Positions 46,721-57,732 of a stretch of DNA of 64,000 bases are shown here, one piece after another. A program made the translations under genes and the position numbers. The notes under the pieces are model-generated. The model was not told the origin of the DNA, did not search any database, and saw only the letters and a program-made list of their open reading frames with translations. The DNA lies in the sequence record NC_031934.1; one strand, written 5' to 3'. How positions within the stretch are numbered: position 1 is the stretch's first letter; each line of letters opens with the position of its first letter. The stretch comes from Escherichia phage MX01.

Positions 46721-48679
46721 ATGGCTACTCCTACGAATTACCAATTAACAAGAACCGTTAACGCTATCCCAAAAGTATTTGTGGGAGCTACGTTTGAAGA
46801 GATTAAAAAGAATATTATCGATTGGCTTTCTAGCCAGGATGAATTTAAGGATTATGATTTCGTAGGTTCGCGAATGAATATCCTGATTGACATGTTAGCT
46901 TACAATACCCTTTATATTCAACAGTTCGCTAACACAGCAGTATATGAATCTTTTATCGGTACTGCTAACTTGCGTTCCTCCGTCGTCCAGGCTGCACAGG
47001 ATAACGGTTATTTGCCAAGTTCTAAATCAGCAGCAAAAACGAGTATTATGTTGACTTGTACTCAGGCCCTGAATGAAAAGAATATTCGTATCCCACGTGG
47101 TACTAAATTCTTGGCCTATGCCCGTGATACTTCAGCAGACCCGTATGCTTTTGTTACTACGGAAAACGTTATTGCCGTACGTGATGTCAATAACCAATAT
47201 CTTCCTATTGTATCTTTAGCACAAGGCCGTATTATTCGTACCGAACTTAAGTATGATCCTAAAACCCCTATTCTTATTCGTGACCCGGATATCGATAGAC
47301 AAGAAGTTAAACTTTATGTCGATGGCGCAGAATGGACTAACTGGACTAATAAATCCATGGTTCATGCTGGTAGTACATCAACAATTTACTATATGCGTGA
47401 AACCGTAGATGGTAATACTGAATTCTTCTTTGGTGAAGGTGTTGCTGAAAAATCAGTTGCAGGTGGGGTATTAGAAGCTAATTATATTGGTGGTTTAAAA
47501 CCTGTTAAAGATGCCACCATTGTTATAGAATACCTTCGTACAGACGGTGAAGTTGCTAACGGGGCGGTGGACTTTAGTTATGCGGATTCTTTGGCGTATA
47601 TTACAGTTGAAAAAATTACAGAAAACTATGATGAAAACCCGGATTATGTAGGTGCTGATGGTGGTGGTGACCCTGAAGATATTGAACGTATTCGTGAACT
47701 TGCCGTAGTTAAACGTGAAGCTCAGATGCGTGCTGTAACTGGTACAGATTATGATACATTCGTTTCAGAGCGATTTGGTTCTATTGTACAAGCAGTACAA
47801 ACCTTTACAGACCCAAATAAACCAGGTTACGCCTTTGTTACCATTAAACCTAAATCAGGATTGTATTTGACTGCGGTTCAACGCGAAGATATCCAAAATT
47901 ATCTTTCAGAATTTAACTTGGCACCTATTACCCCTTCGGTTATTTCTCCTGACTACTTGTTCTTGAAGCATAAAATTAAGGTTTCATATGCACTGAACAA
48001 ATTACAGGAATCCGAACAATGGTTAACGGCTCAAATCCTTTCCCAAATAGACCGTTATTATATTAACGAAGTTGAAATATTCAACCACGGATTTGCCAAG
48101 TCTAAAATGCTGACTTATATTGATAATGCAGACCACAGTATCCTTGGCTCTTCGGCTACGGTAACAATGGTTCGCGAGGTATTAAACTTCTTCAAAACAC
48201 CTGAAGCAGGTATTAAATACTATAATCAATACACCAACCGTTCTGTAACTTCTAGTGAATTTGAGTTCGTCCCAACAAACGTATCTGATGTTGTTAAATC
48301 TTACAACGTACGTATTGTTGCCACAGATAAAGACGAACGAGGCGATGGTAAAATGGTTATAGGTCCTTTCCGACCTGGCGATGTAATTGAAAACCAATAC
48401 ATCCAACCTTACACCGGAGATGACTTCGATAAAATGGCAGCGCCTGCAGACCAATCGGTCTACTATGTTATTGGCGAAATTGATTATTACTCGGACTTTA
48501 TTTTCTGGGATATCGCCGCAATAGGCCTTACTTCCGACCGTTTTGAAGTCCAGTCTATTGAACTTTATGCAGGGCCAGACCAAGACAACATCTTTACCAA
48601 AGACGGTTCTTTAATCGTATTTGAAGATGACCTTCGTCCTCAGTACACAACTATAGAGTTGGAACCAATTACAATATAA
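46721..48679 (+). CDS. 6: baseplate wedge subunit gp6
   Basis: 652 aa; NYQLTRT...SRMNILIDMLAYNTLYIQQF...ADGGGDPEDIERIREL. Confidence 0.9.
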   Translation: MATPTNYQLTRTVNAIPKVFVGATFEEIKKNIIDWLSSQDEFKDYDFVGSRMNILIDMLAYNTLYIQQFANTAVYESFIGTANLRSSVVQAAQDNGYLPSSKSAAKTSIMLTCTQALNEKNIRIPRGTKFLAYARDTSADPYAFVTTENVIAVRDVNNQYLPIVSLAQGRIIRTELKYDPKTPILIRDPDIDRQEVKLYVDGAEWTNWTNKSMVHAGSTSTIYYMRETVDGNTEFFFGEGVAEKSVAGGVLEANYIGGLKPVKDATIVIEYLRTDGEVANGAVDFSYADSLAYITVEKITENYDENPDYVGADGGGDPEDIERIRELAVVKREAQMRAVTGTDYDTFVSERFGSIVQAVQTFTDPNKPGYAFVTIKPKSGLYLTAVQREDIQNYLSEFNLAPITPSVISPDYLFLKHKIKVSYALNKLQESEQWLTAQILSQIDRYYINEVEIFNHGFAKSKMLTYIDNADHSILGSSATVTMVREVLNFFKTPEAGIKYYNQYTNRSVTSSEFEFVPTNVSDVVKSYNVRIVATDKDERGDGKMVIGPFRPGDVIENQYIQPYTGDDFDKMAAPADQSVYYVIGEIDYYSDFIFWDIAAIGLTSDRFEVQSIELYAGPDQDNIFTKDGSLIVFEDDLRPQYTTIELEPITI

Positions 48680-48706
48680 ACCTCTTCGGAGGTTTAAGGA
48701 GATTTA

Positions 48707-51700
48707 ATGTCTGTACAAGCGCCTTATGTTACTAGTCTGAGAATTGATAAACTCTCGGCTAACCATGTGAGCATTCTTTGGGATGACGTAGGCGCCAACT
48801 TCTATTATTTCGTAGAACTGGCCCAAACGAAGGATGCGGGTGTAGAAATTCCCGACGATAGATTATTTTGGAGAAATTTAGGTTACACCCCTAATAACGA
48901 ATGGTTTGAAGAGGCATTCATTTCTCCTAATTCATTTTATAAAATGCGAGTTGCGGTGGCCGCCCAGGGGTTTGAGCAGTCTGAATGGGTTTACACTGAA
49001 GAATTTGAAACTTTCTCTACCAACGCATATACATTTGAGCATATGCGTGAATTCACTTTGTCTAATAAATTTATTGAAGAAAAATTCACAAAAAATAATC
49101 AGAATTATGTGAACTTTAATACCGATGCCATTATGGCTTCCTTAATGACGGAAGATTTTAACTTTACGCCAGCGTATTCGCATTTGTCATCTATATCAAA
49201 TTATGTTTTAAAAGCAGACCGATTCCATGAAATCCAAGGAAGCATCCAAGCGGTTTGTAAAGACCCTAAACGTTCTATTTTAATGGAACTTGGTGGTGTA
49301 CTTTACCTTTTAGAAAGGTTCCAAAGTACTGCTAAGGTTTCTAATGATAAAGGGCAGAACTGGCATTATATCCGTTTGTTTAATGACCGAGTAGGTAACC
49401 CTGTTTCACGTACGGCACATTACCAAACCAACTCGACCACTTATGTTCTAGGTTATGACCAAATATTTTACGGGCGTAAATCAAGTGACATTCGTTGGTC
49501 TGCTGATGATGTTAGATTTAGTTCCCAGGATGTAACATTTGCTAAAATAGGTAGCGATATCGACCTTCCATTTGAAATTGAGATATTTGGTTCATACGCA
49601 AAGCTTCCTTTGCCTATTTCCACTATTGCCGAGGCCGTGTGCGCATCTGATGAATTCATTTATGTTGCCGGTAGAGACAGAGTTTATAAAGCAAAAACAT
49701 CCGAGGCCCCTATAGACACCGACCCTAGTTCTCCGACTTATGGAGAGAAGATATTTGAAAGCGGATATTCGACTATCACAGGGAACCCTAAAGCTGTTTG
49801 TTATAAATTAGATTCTATCCAAGGCCATACATTTGCTTTAATTACAGGTGAAGTTAAAGAAGAAAAAATGGACCCTACGGTTGAATCTAATGTGGTCGAT
49901 TCTGAATCCAAAGGTGTTTATTGGTTAGACACTTCAACCGATACATGGACCCGTGTGTTCGGAAACACTGAAGAAGAACGTCGTCGTATAGAGCATGGAT
50001 ATACCAGCATGTCTACCGACGGAGAGGAATTATTTTTCAGTTCAAGCAACTTTAGATATGAAGTAGAGGTTGATTCTGAACTTCCTTTGGAATATCCTGA
50101 AATTGTTACCTCAGCCGTTAAATATGTTAAAGACGAACAATGGATTCATGATAAGCATTATTTGATGATGAGTTTTAGGTCCAACTCTAAATCAGATTTT
50201 AAAGAATTTAAACCGGGGCGTATGGCTTATTATGCCGAACCGTTCTTTAGTTGGTCTCGACGTGATGGAACCCGTTCATGGATTACTACTAGCGACCACG
50301 CGATGGTTGTTTATAACGATGCTTTATACCAGAAAATTATCGACCTGAACAGTGGTTCTTCACCTGAACGTATTGTTCATGAGATTTGGAATAAAGGTTT
50401 TTGTAAAGTCACGTCTCCTAATATAGAATTTAACGGCTTTAAGAAATATTCTTCCGGAATGATGATTCACAAATCTACAGGTGAATTGGTTGGATATTTT
50501 GAATTTGACTATCGCGTGCGTGATGAAGTCCGTGTTATTTGGAAGCCTAAAGAAGTTATGTTTACGGCAGAATTACAAAACCAAGAACATGAAATACCGT
50601 GGAAGCCCAAAGAAGAAGTTGGTGAGCAAGACCCGGACCTCCAACCTTTACTGGTTAAAATGGTTCCAGATAGTTATTTGCTTCAAGATTCTAACTTTGA
50701 AAAATTCTGTGAATACTATCTCCAATTTATTAGTGATGGCTCAGGTACACACTATAATAATTTGTTGAATCTTATTCGTAACCAATACCCACGTGAAGAA
50801 GATTCATGGGAATATTTGTGGTCGGAAATCTATAAGCGTAATATCTATTTGTCGAAGGAAAAACGCGATGAAGTTGTTCGTTTTTTCCAGGCGCGCCAAA
50901 GCGATTTTTGGTCTACTAAAGGTACCGAAGCTTCTTATAAGTTCCTGTTTAAATTGCTTTACAACGAAGATGTCGAAATTGATATCGAGTCCAAGAACTC
51001 TATCGAATATGATATCATCGTAGAATCCGACAATATTAGTGAAGATATCGTAGGCCAAACGATTTATACTCCTACGGGTCGTAGTAATGTTACTTATATT
51101 GAACGTAACTATAAACAAGGTAAACTGCAATGGCGTTTAACCATTCATAACCTTTTAGGTCGTTTTATAGTCGGTCAGGAAATTAAATCTGAACGTACTT
51201 CGTTCAAGGGTATGATTGTACGTGGTGTACGTGGTAAAGAACTTTTAAGTAACAATATCGACTATATCAACCGTAACCGCTCTTATTACGTGATGACTAT
51301 TAAATCTAATCTCCCTACCTCTCGTTATCGCAACGATGTTTTGAGATTTGTCCATCCAGTAGGTTTCGGCTTTGTAGGTATAACTTTGCTTTCTATGTTT
51401 GTTAACGTAGGTTTAACGCTAAAACATACAGAAACTATTATTAATATCCTTAAGAACTACAAATGGGACTCAGGTTTGCCATCTGAATGGTATGATAGAG
51501 TTGCTGTAATAGGTTTTGATGGTAATATAGAACGAGACCCTCGTACAGGTGCTCCAACGTACAACGTAGGACCTAAAGCAGGAGAACCGTTTGATATTCC
51601 TGCTGATTATGATGCAGAAAATGATTTCTCTGTATTCCAAGGTCAATTACCACACGAACGTATTAAAAAGCATAGTCCATTGTTTGACCAAAGTGCTGTG

Positions 51701-51802
51701 ACCTTTGCCAATTGGCGTGCACTGGTTGATAAGCGTCTTAAAGACGATATTGGAAATCCTAGAGACCCTAAAGTTCCAACTCAGGTAAAAATTAATGATT
51801 AA
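48707..51802 (+). CDS. 7: baseplate wedge initiator gp7
   Basis: 1031-aa ORF in the gp6-gp8 interval. Confidence 0.85.
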   Translation: MSVQAPYVTSLRIDKLSANHVSILWDDVGANFYYFVELAQTKDAGVEIPDDRLFWRNLGYTPNNEWFEEAFISPNSFYKMRVAVAAQGFEQSEWVYTEEFETFSTNAYTFEHMREFTLSNKFIEEKFTKNNQNYVNFNTDAIMASLMTEDFNFTPAYSHLSSISNYVLKADRFHEIQGSIQAVCKDPKRSILMELGGVLYLLERFQSTAKVSNDKGQNWHYIRLFNDRVGNPVSRTAHYQTNSTTYVLGYDQIFYGRKSSDIRWSADDVRFSSQDVTFAKIGSDIDLPFEIEIFGSYAKLPLPISTIAEAVCASDEFIYVAGRDRVYKAKTSEAPIDTDPSSPTYGEKIFESGYSTITGNPKAVCYKLDSIQGHTFALITGEVKEEKMDPTVESNVVDSESKGVYWLDTSTDTWTRVFGNTEEERRRIEHGYTSMSTDGEELFFSSSNFRYEVEVDSELPLEYPEIVTSAVKYVKDEQWIHDKHYLMMSFRSNSKSDFKEFKPGRMAYYAEPFFSWSRRDGTRSWITTSDHAMVVYNDALYQKIIDLNSGSSPERIVHEIWNKGFCKVTSPNIEFNGFKKYSSGMMIHKSTGELVGYFEFDYRVRDEVRVIWKPKEVMFTAELQNQEHEIPWKPKEEVGEQDPDLQPLLVKMVPDSYLLQDSNFEKFCEYYLQFISDGSGTHYNNLLNLIRNQYPREEDSWEYLWSEIYKRNIYLSKEKRDEVVRFFQARQSDFWSTKGTEASYKFLFKLLYNEDVEIDIESKNSIEYDIIVESDNISEDIVGQTIYTPTGRSNVTYIERNYKQGKLQWRLTIHNLLGRFIVGQEIKSERTSFKGMIVRGVRGKELLSNNIDYINRNRSYYVMTIKSNLPTSRYRNDVLRFVHPVGFGFVGITLLSMFVNVGLTLKHTETIINILKNYKWDSGLPSEWYDRVAVIGFDGNIERDPRTGAPTYNVGPKAGEPFDIPADYDAENDFSVFQGQLPHERIKKHSPLFDQSAVTFANWRALVDKRLKDDIGNPRDPKVPTQVKIND

Positions 51803-52799
51803 TTCTACAGTAGTTTATCGTTCTATTGTTACTTCAAAATTTAGAACGGAAAAAATGTACAACTTTTACAGAACAATAGGTGATGGTGAAGACCAGAACA
51901 CTATGTATGTATCTTTCGGAAGGGCCCGACCATGGGCCGATAACGAAAATGACCCGGGTTTTGCACCACCATATCCTGTAGATGATTCTGAAGGCGTAGA
52001 AGACGTCTGGACCAACATGATGGGTTGTGTTAAGGTTTATAAGAGTATGCTGGATTGTGTTGTCCCTCGCAAAGACTGGGGCGATACCTCTTATCCTAAT
52101 CCGTTTACTTTCCAGATTGGTGAAATTGTAGTAGCGAACAGCCAGCCGCAAAACCGTACTGATGTCGGTGCAGGCTGGATGGTTTATCGTTGTGTAGATA
52201 TTCCTGAATCAGGTACATGTTCTATTTTATCCCTTGATAATAAAACCGAGTGTATTAAACTTGGTGGTAAATGGACTTCAAACGTGCAATCGGTTAAAGC
52301 CCCTGCAGGACAAGGTGATACCGAAGGCATGGTTGATACAGGTGATGGATATCTCTGGGAATATTTGTATGAGATTCCACCTGATGTAAGTATCAACCGT
52401 TGCACTAATGAATATATTGTGGTTCCGTGGCCAGAAGAAATTGCCGAAGACCCGGAACGTTGGGGATACGAGAATAACCTTACTTGGCAGCAAGACGATT
52501 ATGGATTGATTTATCGTATTAAAGGCAATACCATTCGTTTTAAAGCATTCTTAGATTCAGTTTACTTCCCTGAATTTAGTCTTCCCGGTAACAAAGGATT
52601 TAGACAGCTTTCGATAATCTCTAATCCATTAGAAGCTAAAGCTCACCCATCCGATCCGATCATTAAAGCCGAAAAAGAGTACTATGATGTTATAGACCTC
52701 TCCCGCCATTCAGGTGAAATGATTTATATGGAAAACCGTCCTCCGGTTATTCGTTCTATGGACCAAACAGAAGAAATTAACATTATCTTCGAATTCTAA
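51795..52799 (+). CDS. 8: baseplate wedge subunit gp8
   Basis: 334 aa; VYRSIVTSKFRTEKM...EYIVVPWPEE...MIYMENRPP. Confidence 0.9.
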   Translation: MINSTVVYRSIVTSKFRTEKMYNFYRTIGDGEDQNTMYVSFGRARPWADNENDPGFAPPYPVDDSEGVEDVWTNMMGCVKVYKSMLDCVVPRKDWGDTSYPNPFTFQIGEIVVANSQPQNRTDVGAGWMVYRCVDIPESGTCSILSLDNKTECIKLGGKWTSNVQSVKAPAGQGDTEGMVDTGDGYLWEYLYEIPPDVSINRCTNEYIVVPWPEEIAEDPERWGYENNLTWQQDDYGLIYRIKGNTIRFKAFLDSVYFPEFSLPGNKGFRQLSIISNPLEAKAHPSDPIIKAEKEYYDVIDLSRHSGEMIYMENRPPVIRSMDQTEEINIIFEF

Positions 52800-52800
52800 T

Positions 52801-52822
52801 AAGGGCCGCAAGGCCCTTTCGG
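52801..52822 (+). terminator. terminator-like hairpin after gene 8
   Basis: AAGGGCC-gca-GGCCCTT followed by TCGGGTTT. Confidence 0.4.
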
Positions 52823-52860
52823 GTTTAATAAATACAGTATATCAATAATGAGGCATACCT

Positions 52861-53721
52861 ATGATTAAGCAAACTGGTAAAGAACTAATTGACGTCGGTG
52901 AAATTGGTAATGCCAGCACCGGCGACATTCTTTATGATGGCGGTGTTAAACTGAACACTGACTTAAACAACATCTATAACACTTTCGGCGACCAACGCAA
53001 AACTGCTTTAACTGGCGAATTAACCGGTCAGAAATTACATGCTACAGGCTACTATCAAAAATTTGGTGATACTGACCAAGCAAGTTCAGTTGATTTAGGC
53101 TCCTTGGTAGATATCGATGCTTCTACCGGTTCTATCGTATTAACCACTGTAAAAGGTGCAGTTGGTGAAGGAATCGAGATTATCAACTCTAACGGAAGTA
53201 TTTCAGCTACTAACTATCTTGAAATCCGTATATTGGATACTTTTGCAAGCCATTCAACTTCGACTTTGCGCATCGTAACACCTTATACACGAGTTCTTTT
53301 ATGGTGTGTATCGGATACAAACGGCGTTGCGGTATGGGATTATTCAATTGAAAGTATGTTTGGTGATAAACGAGTTCCATTAAATAAGACATATAATATA
53401 TCTTCTGTCGCTCGTGATATCCCAGTGGTTTATTCCGGCCAGTACTCATTGCTCAAACTTTTAGTTACGGCAGTGAATGCCAACGAAACCATTTACAAAG
53501 CTTCAGAATATCTTGTGTTTATCGACAACCAAGCTAAAAAGATTTATTCCACTGAATACGGTGTTATTAAACGTGGACAAACTTCAGATGATGACGAAAT
53601 TTATTCTCTAGATTTTAAATTCGATACATCAAACTATATTATCGCGACCGCTTCTTCTGTCAACCCTATGAAGCTTGCAATTAAGGTCGTAGAAACCCAA
53701 ACTATTGGAGTTCCAGTATAA
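52861..53721 (+). CDS. 9: baseplate wedge tail-fiber connector gp9
   Basis: 286 aa; LIDVGEIGNASTGDILYDGG...NYSIESMFG. Confidence 0.85.
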   Translation: MIKQTGKELIDVGEIGNASTGDILYDGGVKLNTDLNNIYNTFGDQRKTALTGELTGQKLHATGYYQKFGDTDQASSVDLGSLVDIDASTGSIVLTTVKGAVGEGIEIINSNGSISATNYLEIRILDTFASHSTSTLRIVTPYTRVLLWCVSDTNGVAVWDYSIESMFGDKRVPLNKTYNISSVARDIPVVYSGQYSLLKLLVTAVNANETIYKASEYLVFIDNQAKKIYSTEYGVIKRGQTSDDDEIYSLDFKFDTSNYIIATASSVNPMKLAIKVVETQTIGVPV

Positions 53722-55532
53722 TGAAACAAGACTTAAAAGTAGGTTCCGCTGTTGATGACGGGTCCGGTGATTACCTGCGTGCAGGTGGTCTTAAAATTAA
53801 TAACAACTTCAATGAGCTTTATTACCAATTAGGTGATGGCAACAACCCGCATGCAGCAGGCGCTTGGAAACAGCATTCTACTGCAGATGGTGCTTTGTTG
53901 AACGCTGTAATGGGTCATAGCTATACCCTGAATACTCAAGGTGGGCGTATTAACGTTCAGCTTCCTAAAGGCTCTCCTGAAGAATATAACTTTGTTATCC
54001 GTGTACGTGACGTGTATTCCTCATGGCAAGCTAACCCTGTAACCCTAATCCCTGCCACAGGTGATACCATTAAGGGTTCAGCTACTCAAGTAGAAATTGC
54101 TCGCAACTTCTCTGACCTTGAATTAGTTTATTGTGCCCCGGGACGTTGGGAATATGTTGAAAATAAGCAAGTAAACCGTATTCCAAATAACGACCTTGCC
54201 ACTGTAGCAACCAAGCAGTTTATTGCCACCGAAGGCCAAACGGATTTTCTAGATGTTTTCCCGGGCCTTTCTTATAACGTAGCAAGTTTAAGCGTTTCAC
54301 AACGTGGTAACAATTTGTTCTACGGTATTGATGATATTTTTGATGCGGCTACCGCAGAATTCGGTTCTCCAGGTGCTCAACCAGGTGAATTGGTTGCCTT
54401 GAATGGTAAAGACATCCGTTTAAAATATCCTTGTGAAGCAGGTGATACTGTTATTATCAAATCGTATAATGATGGGCTTGCTCAATGGCGCAGTTCTTAT
54501 AACCGTCGTGATATAACAATCCAAAGTTCAGAATTGACTAAAAACGTTTCTGTTCCTGGTTCTTCTTTCGTCGGAGATTTGAATACTTCGCATGTTATAT
54601 CGGCCGCAGATTTGAATATTTCTGTTAACAGCCCTATCAACCCAAATGCTTGTCAAGTCATGCTTAATAGCACATTACTTCATCAAGCAGGTACAGCAGG
54701 ACTTCCTTCGTTTTATTGTGAAGGTGCTGATGGTCGTACTGCTACCGAGTGTTTTAATGCTGGTGGCCAATGGACCCAATCTAAATCAGACTATATTTTT
54801 AATTTGACTCCTGAAGACAAGATTGAATCCATCGAATTTGGACGTAACTTTGAACATGGCGATATTCTTACAGTAATTTGGTACAATAATGATATCGGTA
54901 CTACCATGGAAATTGATGAGATTTTGGATTATACCAACAACATCTATATTTCTAAAGGTCCATCTATTGATATAACAGGCCAGGTTCGTATTACTGATGT
55001 AGATAATCCTTTTGCACCTAACGTTGAGCCGGTTGCCTCGTCTAATATTACAATAGACACAGCAGCAACATTTTTTGATTTAATTTACCCTATAGGAACT
55101 ATCTATGAGAACACGGTGAACCCTAATAACCCTAAAACTTATATGGGCTTTGGTTCATGGAAGCGTTTATCTGATGTGTTCTTGGTAGGTTGGTCTCCTG
55201 ACGCGGCTTCTTTGTTTAATGCAAATAATAACGATCTGGATTCTGCTGGTATTCCACAGTCAACTGCAGGTGGTACTGGTGGTGCTCATGTGGCTAATTT
55301 GAAATATGAGAATATCCCTGAACTTAATACTGATGATAAAGTCCTTATTGCTGATAACGATGGCCCTATTTTTGTAGGTGGATGTTTAGTTGACCCTGAT
55401 TCACAAGGACCGGCTTATACAAAATATCGTGAAGATAAAGCCAGTATTAATAAGGCTCAAGGAACCACTCCTATCCCGGTTAATACTCTACCACCATACT
55501 TAACTGTTCATCGCTGGATGAGGATTGCATAA
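53721..55532 (+). CDS. 10: baseplate wedge subunit and tail pin gp10
   Basis: 603 aa; VDDGSGDYLRAGGLKINNNFNELYYQLGDG. Confidence 0.85.
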   Translation: MKQDLKVGSAVDDGSGDYLRAGGLKINNNFNELYYQLGDGNNPHAAGAWKQHSTADGALLNAVMGHSYTLNTQGGRINVQLPKGSPEEYNFVIRVRDVYSSWQANPVTLIPATGDTIKGSATQVEIARNFSDLELVYCAPGRWEYVENKQVNRIPNNDLATVATKQFIATEGQTDFLDVFPGLSYNVASLSVSQRGNNLFYGIDDIFDAATAEFGSPGAQPGELVALNGKDIRLKYPCEAGDTVIIKSYNDGLAQWRSSYNRRDITIQSSELTKNVSVPGSSFVGDLNTSHVISAADLNISVNSPINPNACQVMLNSTLLHQAGTAGLPSFYCEGADGRTATECFNAGGQWTQSKSDYIFNLTPEDKIESIEFGRNFEHGDILTVIWYNNDIGTTMEIDEILDYTNNIYISKGPSIDITGQVRITDVDNPFAPNVEPVASSNITIDTAATFFDLIYPIGTIYENTVNPNNPKTYMGFGSWKRLSDVFLVGWSPDAASLFNANNNDLDSAGIPQSTAGGTGGAHVANLKYENIPELNTDDKVLIADNDGPIFVGGCLVDPDSQGPAYTKYREDKASINKAQGTTPIPVNTLPPYLTVHRWMRIA

Positions 55533-56197
55533 TGACTTTAACTGAAATGAAAAGCGGGTTAAAATCCCGCTTAGCTGATTATTTGGAATTATCTTATACC
55601 AGTGACAAGCCTACTGCTGTCGCTGACCAACGACCTATCGGTGGCCCTTCTGCAAACCAAACCCAGAAGGGTGTTTATTTTCCTACGGTCCAAAGTGCAA
55701 TAGATGATATTGCATTTAGAGCAGAGCTTCCTGTGAACTCTGTTATTGTTACTACGGAAAATAGAGCCCCCGGATTTATTCAGCAATCTGATAAAATTAC
55801 ATTTACTGGTTCTATTTCTTCGGGTGGTGAACTTGGCGACCCGGTTATTATTAAAGTGTTTGGACTTCCTGTAGAGGTCTTAGTTGGTGATTCATCCGTA
55901 TTGGTTGCATCTAAAGTAAATGATGTGTTTTTAGACGCTATTGCTAATAGCTATATTTTGGCCGAAACTGCTATTGATGCCTTAGACCAATCTACCTTGA
56001 ATATTAAATACAATGACTATCAGAATCATATTTTTTCACCATATAAACAATCGGGTTGTACAATTTCCCATACCATAGTCCAACAGCCGAGGGCTGGATA
56101 CGGTAAGTGGGAATACTTAGGTAACTCTACCCAATCGTTAGCAGGTGGTACAGTTAACGGCACGATTCCTTTATATTACTATAAGAGATTATATTAA
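55532..56197 (+). CDS. 11: baseplate wedge subunit and tail pin gp11
   Basis: 221 aa; synteny and size. Confidence 0.75.
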   Translation: MTLTEMKSGLKSRLADYLELSYTSDKPTAVADQRPIGGPSANQTQKGVYFPTVQSAIDDIAFRAELPVNSVIVTTENRAPGFIQQSDKITFTGSISSGGELGDPVIIKVFGLPVEVLVGDSSVLVASKVNDVFLDAIANSYILAETAIDALDQSTLNIKYNDYQNHIFSPYKQSGCTISHTIVQQPRAGYGKWEYLGNSTQSLAGGTVNGTIPLYYYKRLY

Positions 56198-57723
56198 TGT
56201 CAACAAACACACTAAAACACATTAGTGATAAATCGGAATTCAAATCATTCGACCCTACTGGGTCGAATTTCCCGCCTGATATTACTAATGTTCAAGAAGC
56301 ATTGGCCACTATTTCATTAATCGGCGTCACAGGTAATGTTCCTTCAGCCACAGAAACATCCCAAGGTATTATTCGTCTGGCCACAACACAAGAAGTAATG
56401 GATGGATTGGATGCTTATAGTGCAGTGACCCCAGCAACTTTAAAAGCCCGTTTAGATATTCCTACTCAGGCAACAGAAACTTATGTAGGTATCACCCGTT
56501 ACGCTACTAACGCTGAAGCCATTGCAGGCACAGAGCCCCAGGCTGCAATCGTAGCAACCTCTTTGAAAGCGGTAATGGATTATACATTTGAGAACCGTTT
56601 ATCAACAGAGAACGCCACAGGCGTTATCAAGATTTCAACTACACCTGCTGCATTAGCTGGTACCGATGATACCACAGCGATGACCCCACTTAAAGTATCG
56701 CAAGCAATTGGTGCAGCGACAGCGGCATTACCGGTTTATTCTACGGCAACGACTACAAATGAAGGTCTAGTTCGTTTAGCGACTAATGCCGAAGTTGGTA
56801 ATGGAAATCTTTCTGTAGGTATCGCTATTTCTCCAGCAGGATTGGCCACATTAACTTCCACCGAAGAACGAAGCGGTATTATTAAACTCGCCGGTTGGGA
56901 TATGGTATCTAATGGCACCGACCACACCGCCGCTGTTACACCTGCTTCTTTGTTAGCTCGTACAGGTAATACCGGACGTATTGGGTTGGTTCGATTATCT
57001 ACTACAGTAGGTCAAGGTGATGGTAATACGGCACTGGCTTATAATGCCAACGTTATTTCTACTTCAGGTGGTGAAATATGGGGTACTTTAAACGTTAATG
57101 GCGCATTACGTCGTAATGGTGTTGATGTTGTTACCCACGACCAATTATCAGATAGTGTTCCGGTCGGTACTATTTGTATGTGGGGCGGCAATGAAGGTAA
57201 TATCCCTGGCAAATGGCGTGCTTGTGTAGGTGGGACTTACACTGGTGGTGCATATTTAAATGCTGTTGGTGGACGTTGGGGATGGTGGGGTGCTATTCCA
57301 GATTTCCGTGGATTATATCCTCGTGGCGCTAATATGGTTGGTGGATATTCTGAAGGTGAAGTTAACCCACATATTGCTGGTAACCGAGGACAAGACGGTA
57401 AAGGTAAGGCCCGTTTAGGCAACGGTGTTGGTTCGTTCCCACAATCTTCTGTTCAAGCCCAAGCGTTACGTTACCATAAACACGCCGGCGGTTTTGGTGA
57501 ACATGATAACTATGGCGCTTTTGGCAACACAGCTAACTCCGGATATGTTGGCACTCGTAAAGGCCTTGACTGGGATAACCGTAGTTATTATACCAACGAA
57601 GGTTTTGAGACCACCGATCCTTGGAACCGTGATGGACATACCACATTGAATAGTGAAGGTCTTATTGCCAACGAAACACGTCCATGGACAATGTCCGTTC
57701 TTTTTATTATTAAAGTAGAATAA
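56197..57723 (+). CDS. 12: short tail fibre gp12
   Basis: 508 aa; FDPTGSNFPPDIT..., repeated GVIKIST/GIIRLAT motifs, C-terminal YHKHAGGFGEHDNYGAFGN. Confidence 0.85.
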   Translation: MSTNTLKHISDKSEFKSFDPTGSNFPPDITNVQEALATISLIGVTGNVPSATETSQGIIRLATTQEVMDGLDAYSAVTPATLKARLDIPTQATETYVGITRYATNAEAIAGTEPQAAIVATSLKAVMDYTFENRLSTENATGVIKISTTPAALAGTDDTTAMTPLKVSQAIGAATAALPVYSTATTTNEGLVRLATNAEVGNGNLSVGIAISPAGLATLTSTEERSGIIKLAGWDMVSNGTDHTAAVTPASLLARTGNTGRIGLVRLSTTVGQGDGNTALAYNANVISTSGGEIWGTLNVNGALRRNGVDVVTHDQLSDSVPVGTICMWGGNEGNIPGKWRACVGGTYTGGAYLNAVGGRWGWWGAIPDFRGLYPRGANMVGGYSEGEVNPHIAGNRGQDGKGKARLGNGVGSFPQSSVQAQALRYHKHAGGFGEHDNYGAFGNTANSGYVGTRKGLDWDNRSYYTNEGFETTDPWNRDGHTTLNSEGLIANETRPWTMSVLFIIKVE

Positions 57724-57732
57724 GGGTAAAAA

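Noticed and set aside
48182-48583. Minus-strand ORFs inside baseplate genes (48182..48583, 50804..51130, 51834..52151 and similar)
   Set aside because: Antisense to gp6/gp7/gp8, which are collinear with T4; no promoter or RBS.
52826-52860. AATAAATA upstream of gene 9 as a late promoter
   Set aside because: One mismatch from TATAAATA in AT-rich sequence; too weak to call without transcript data.
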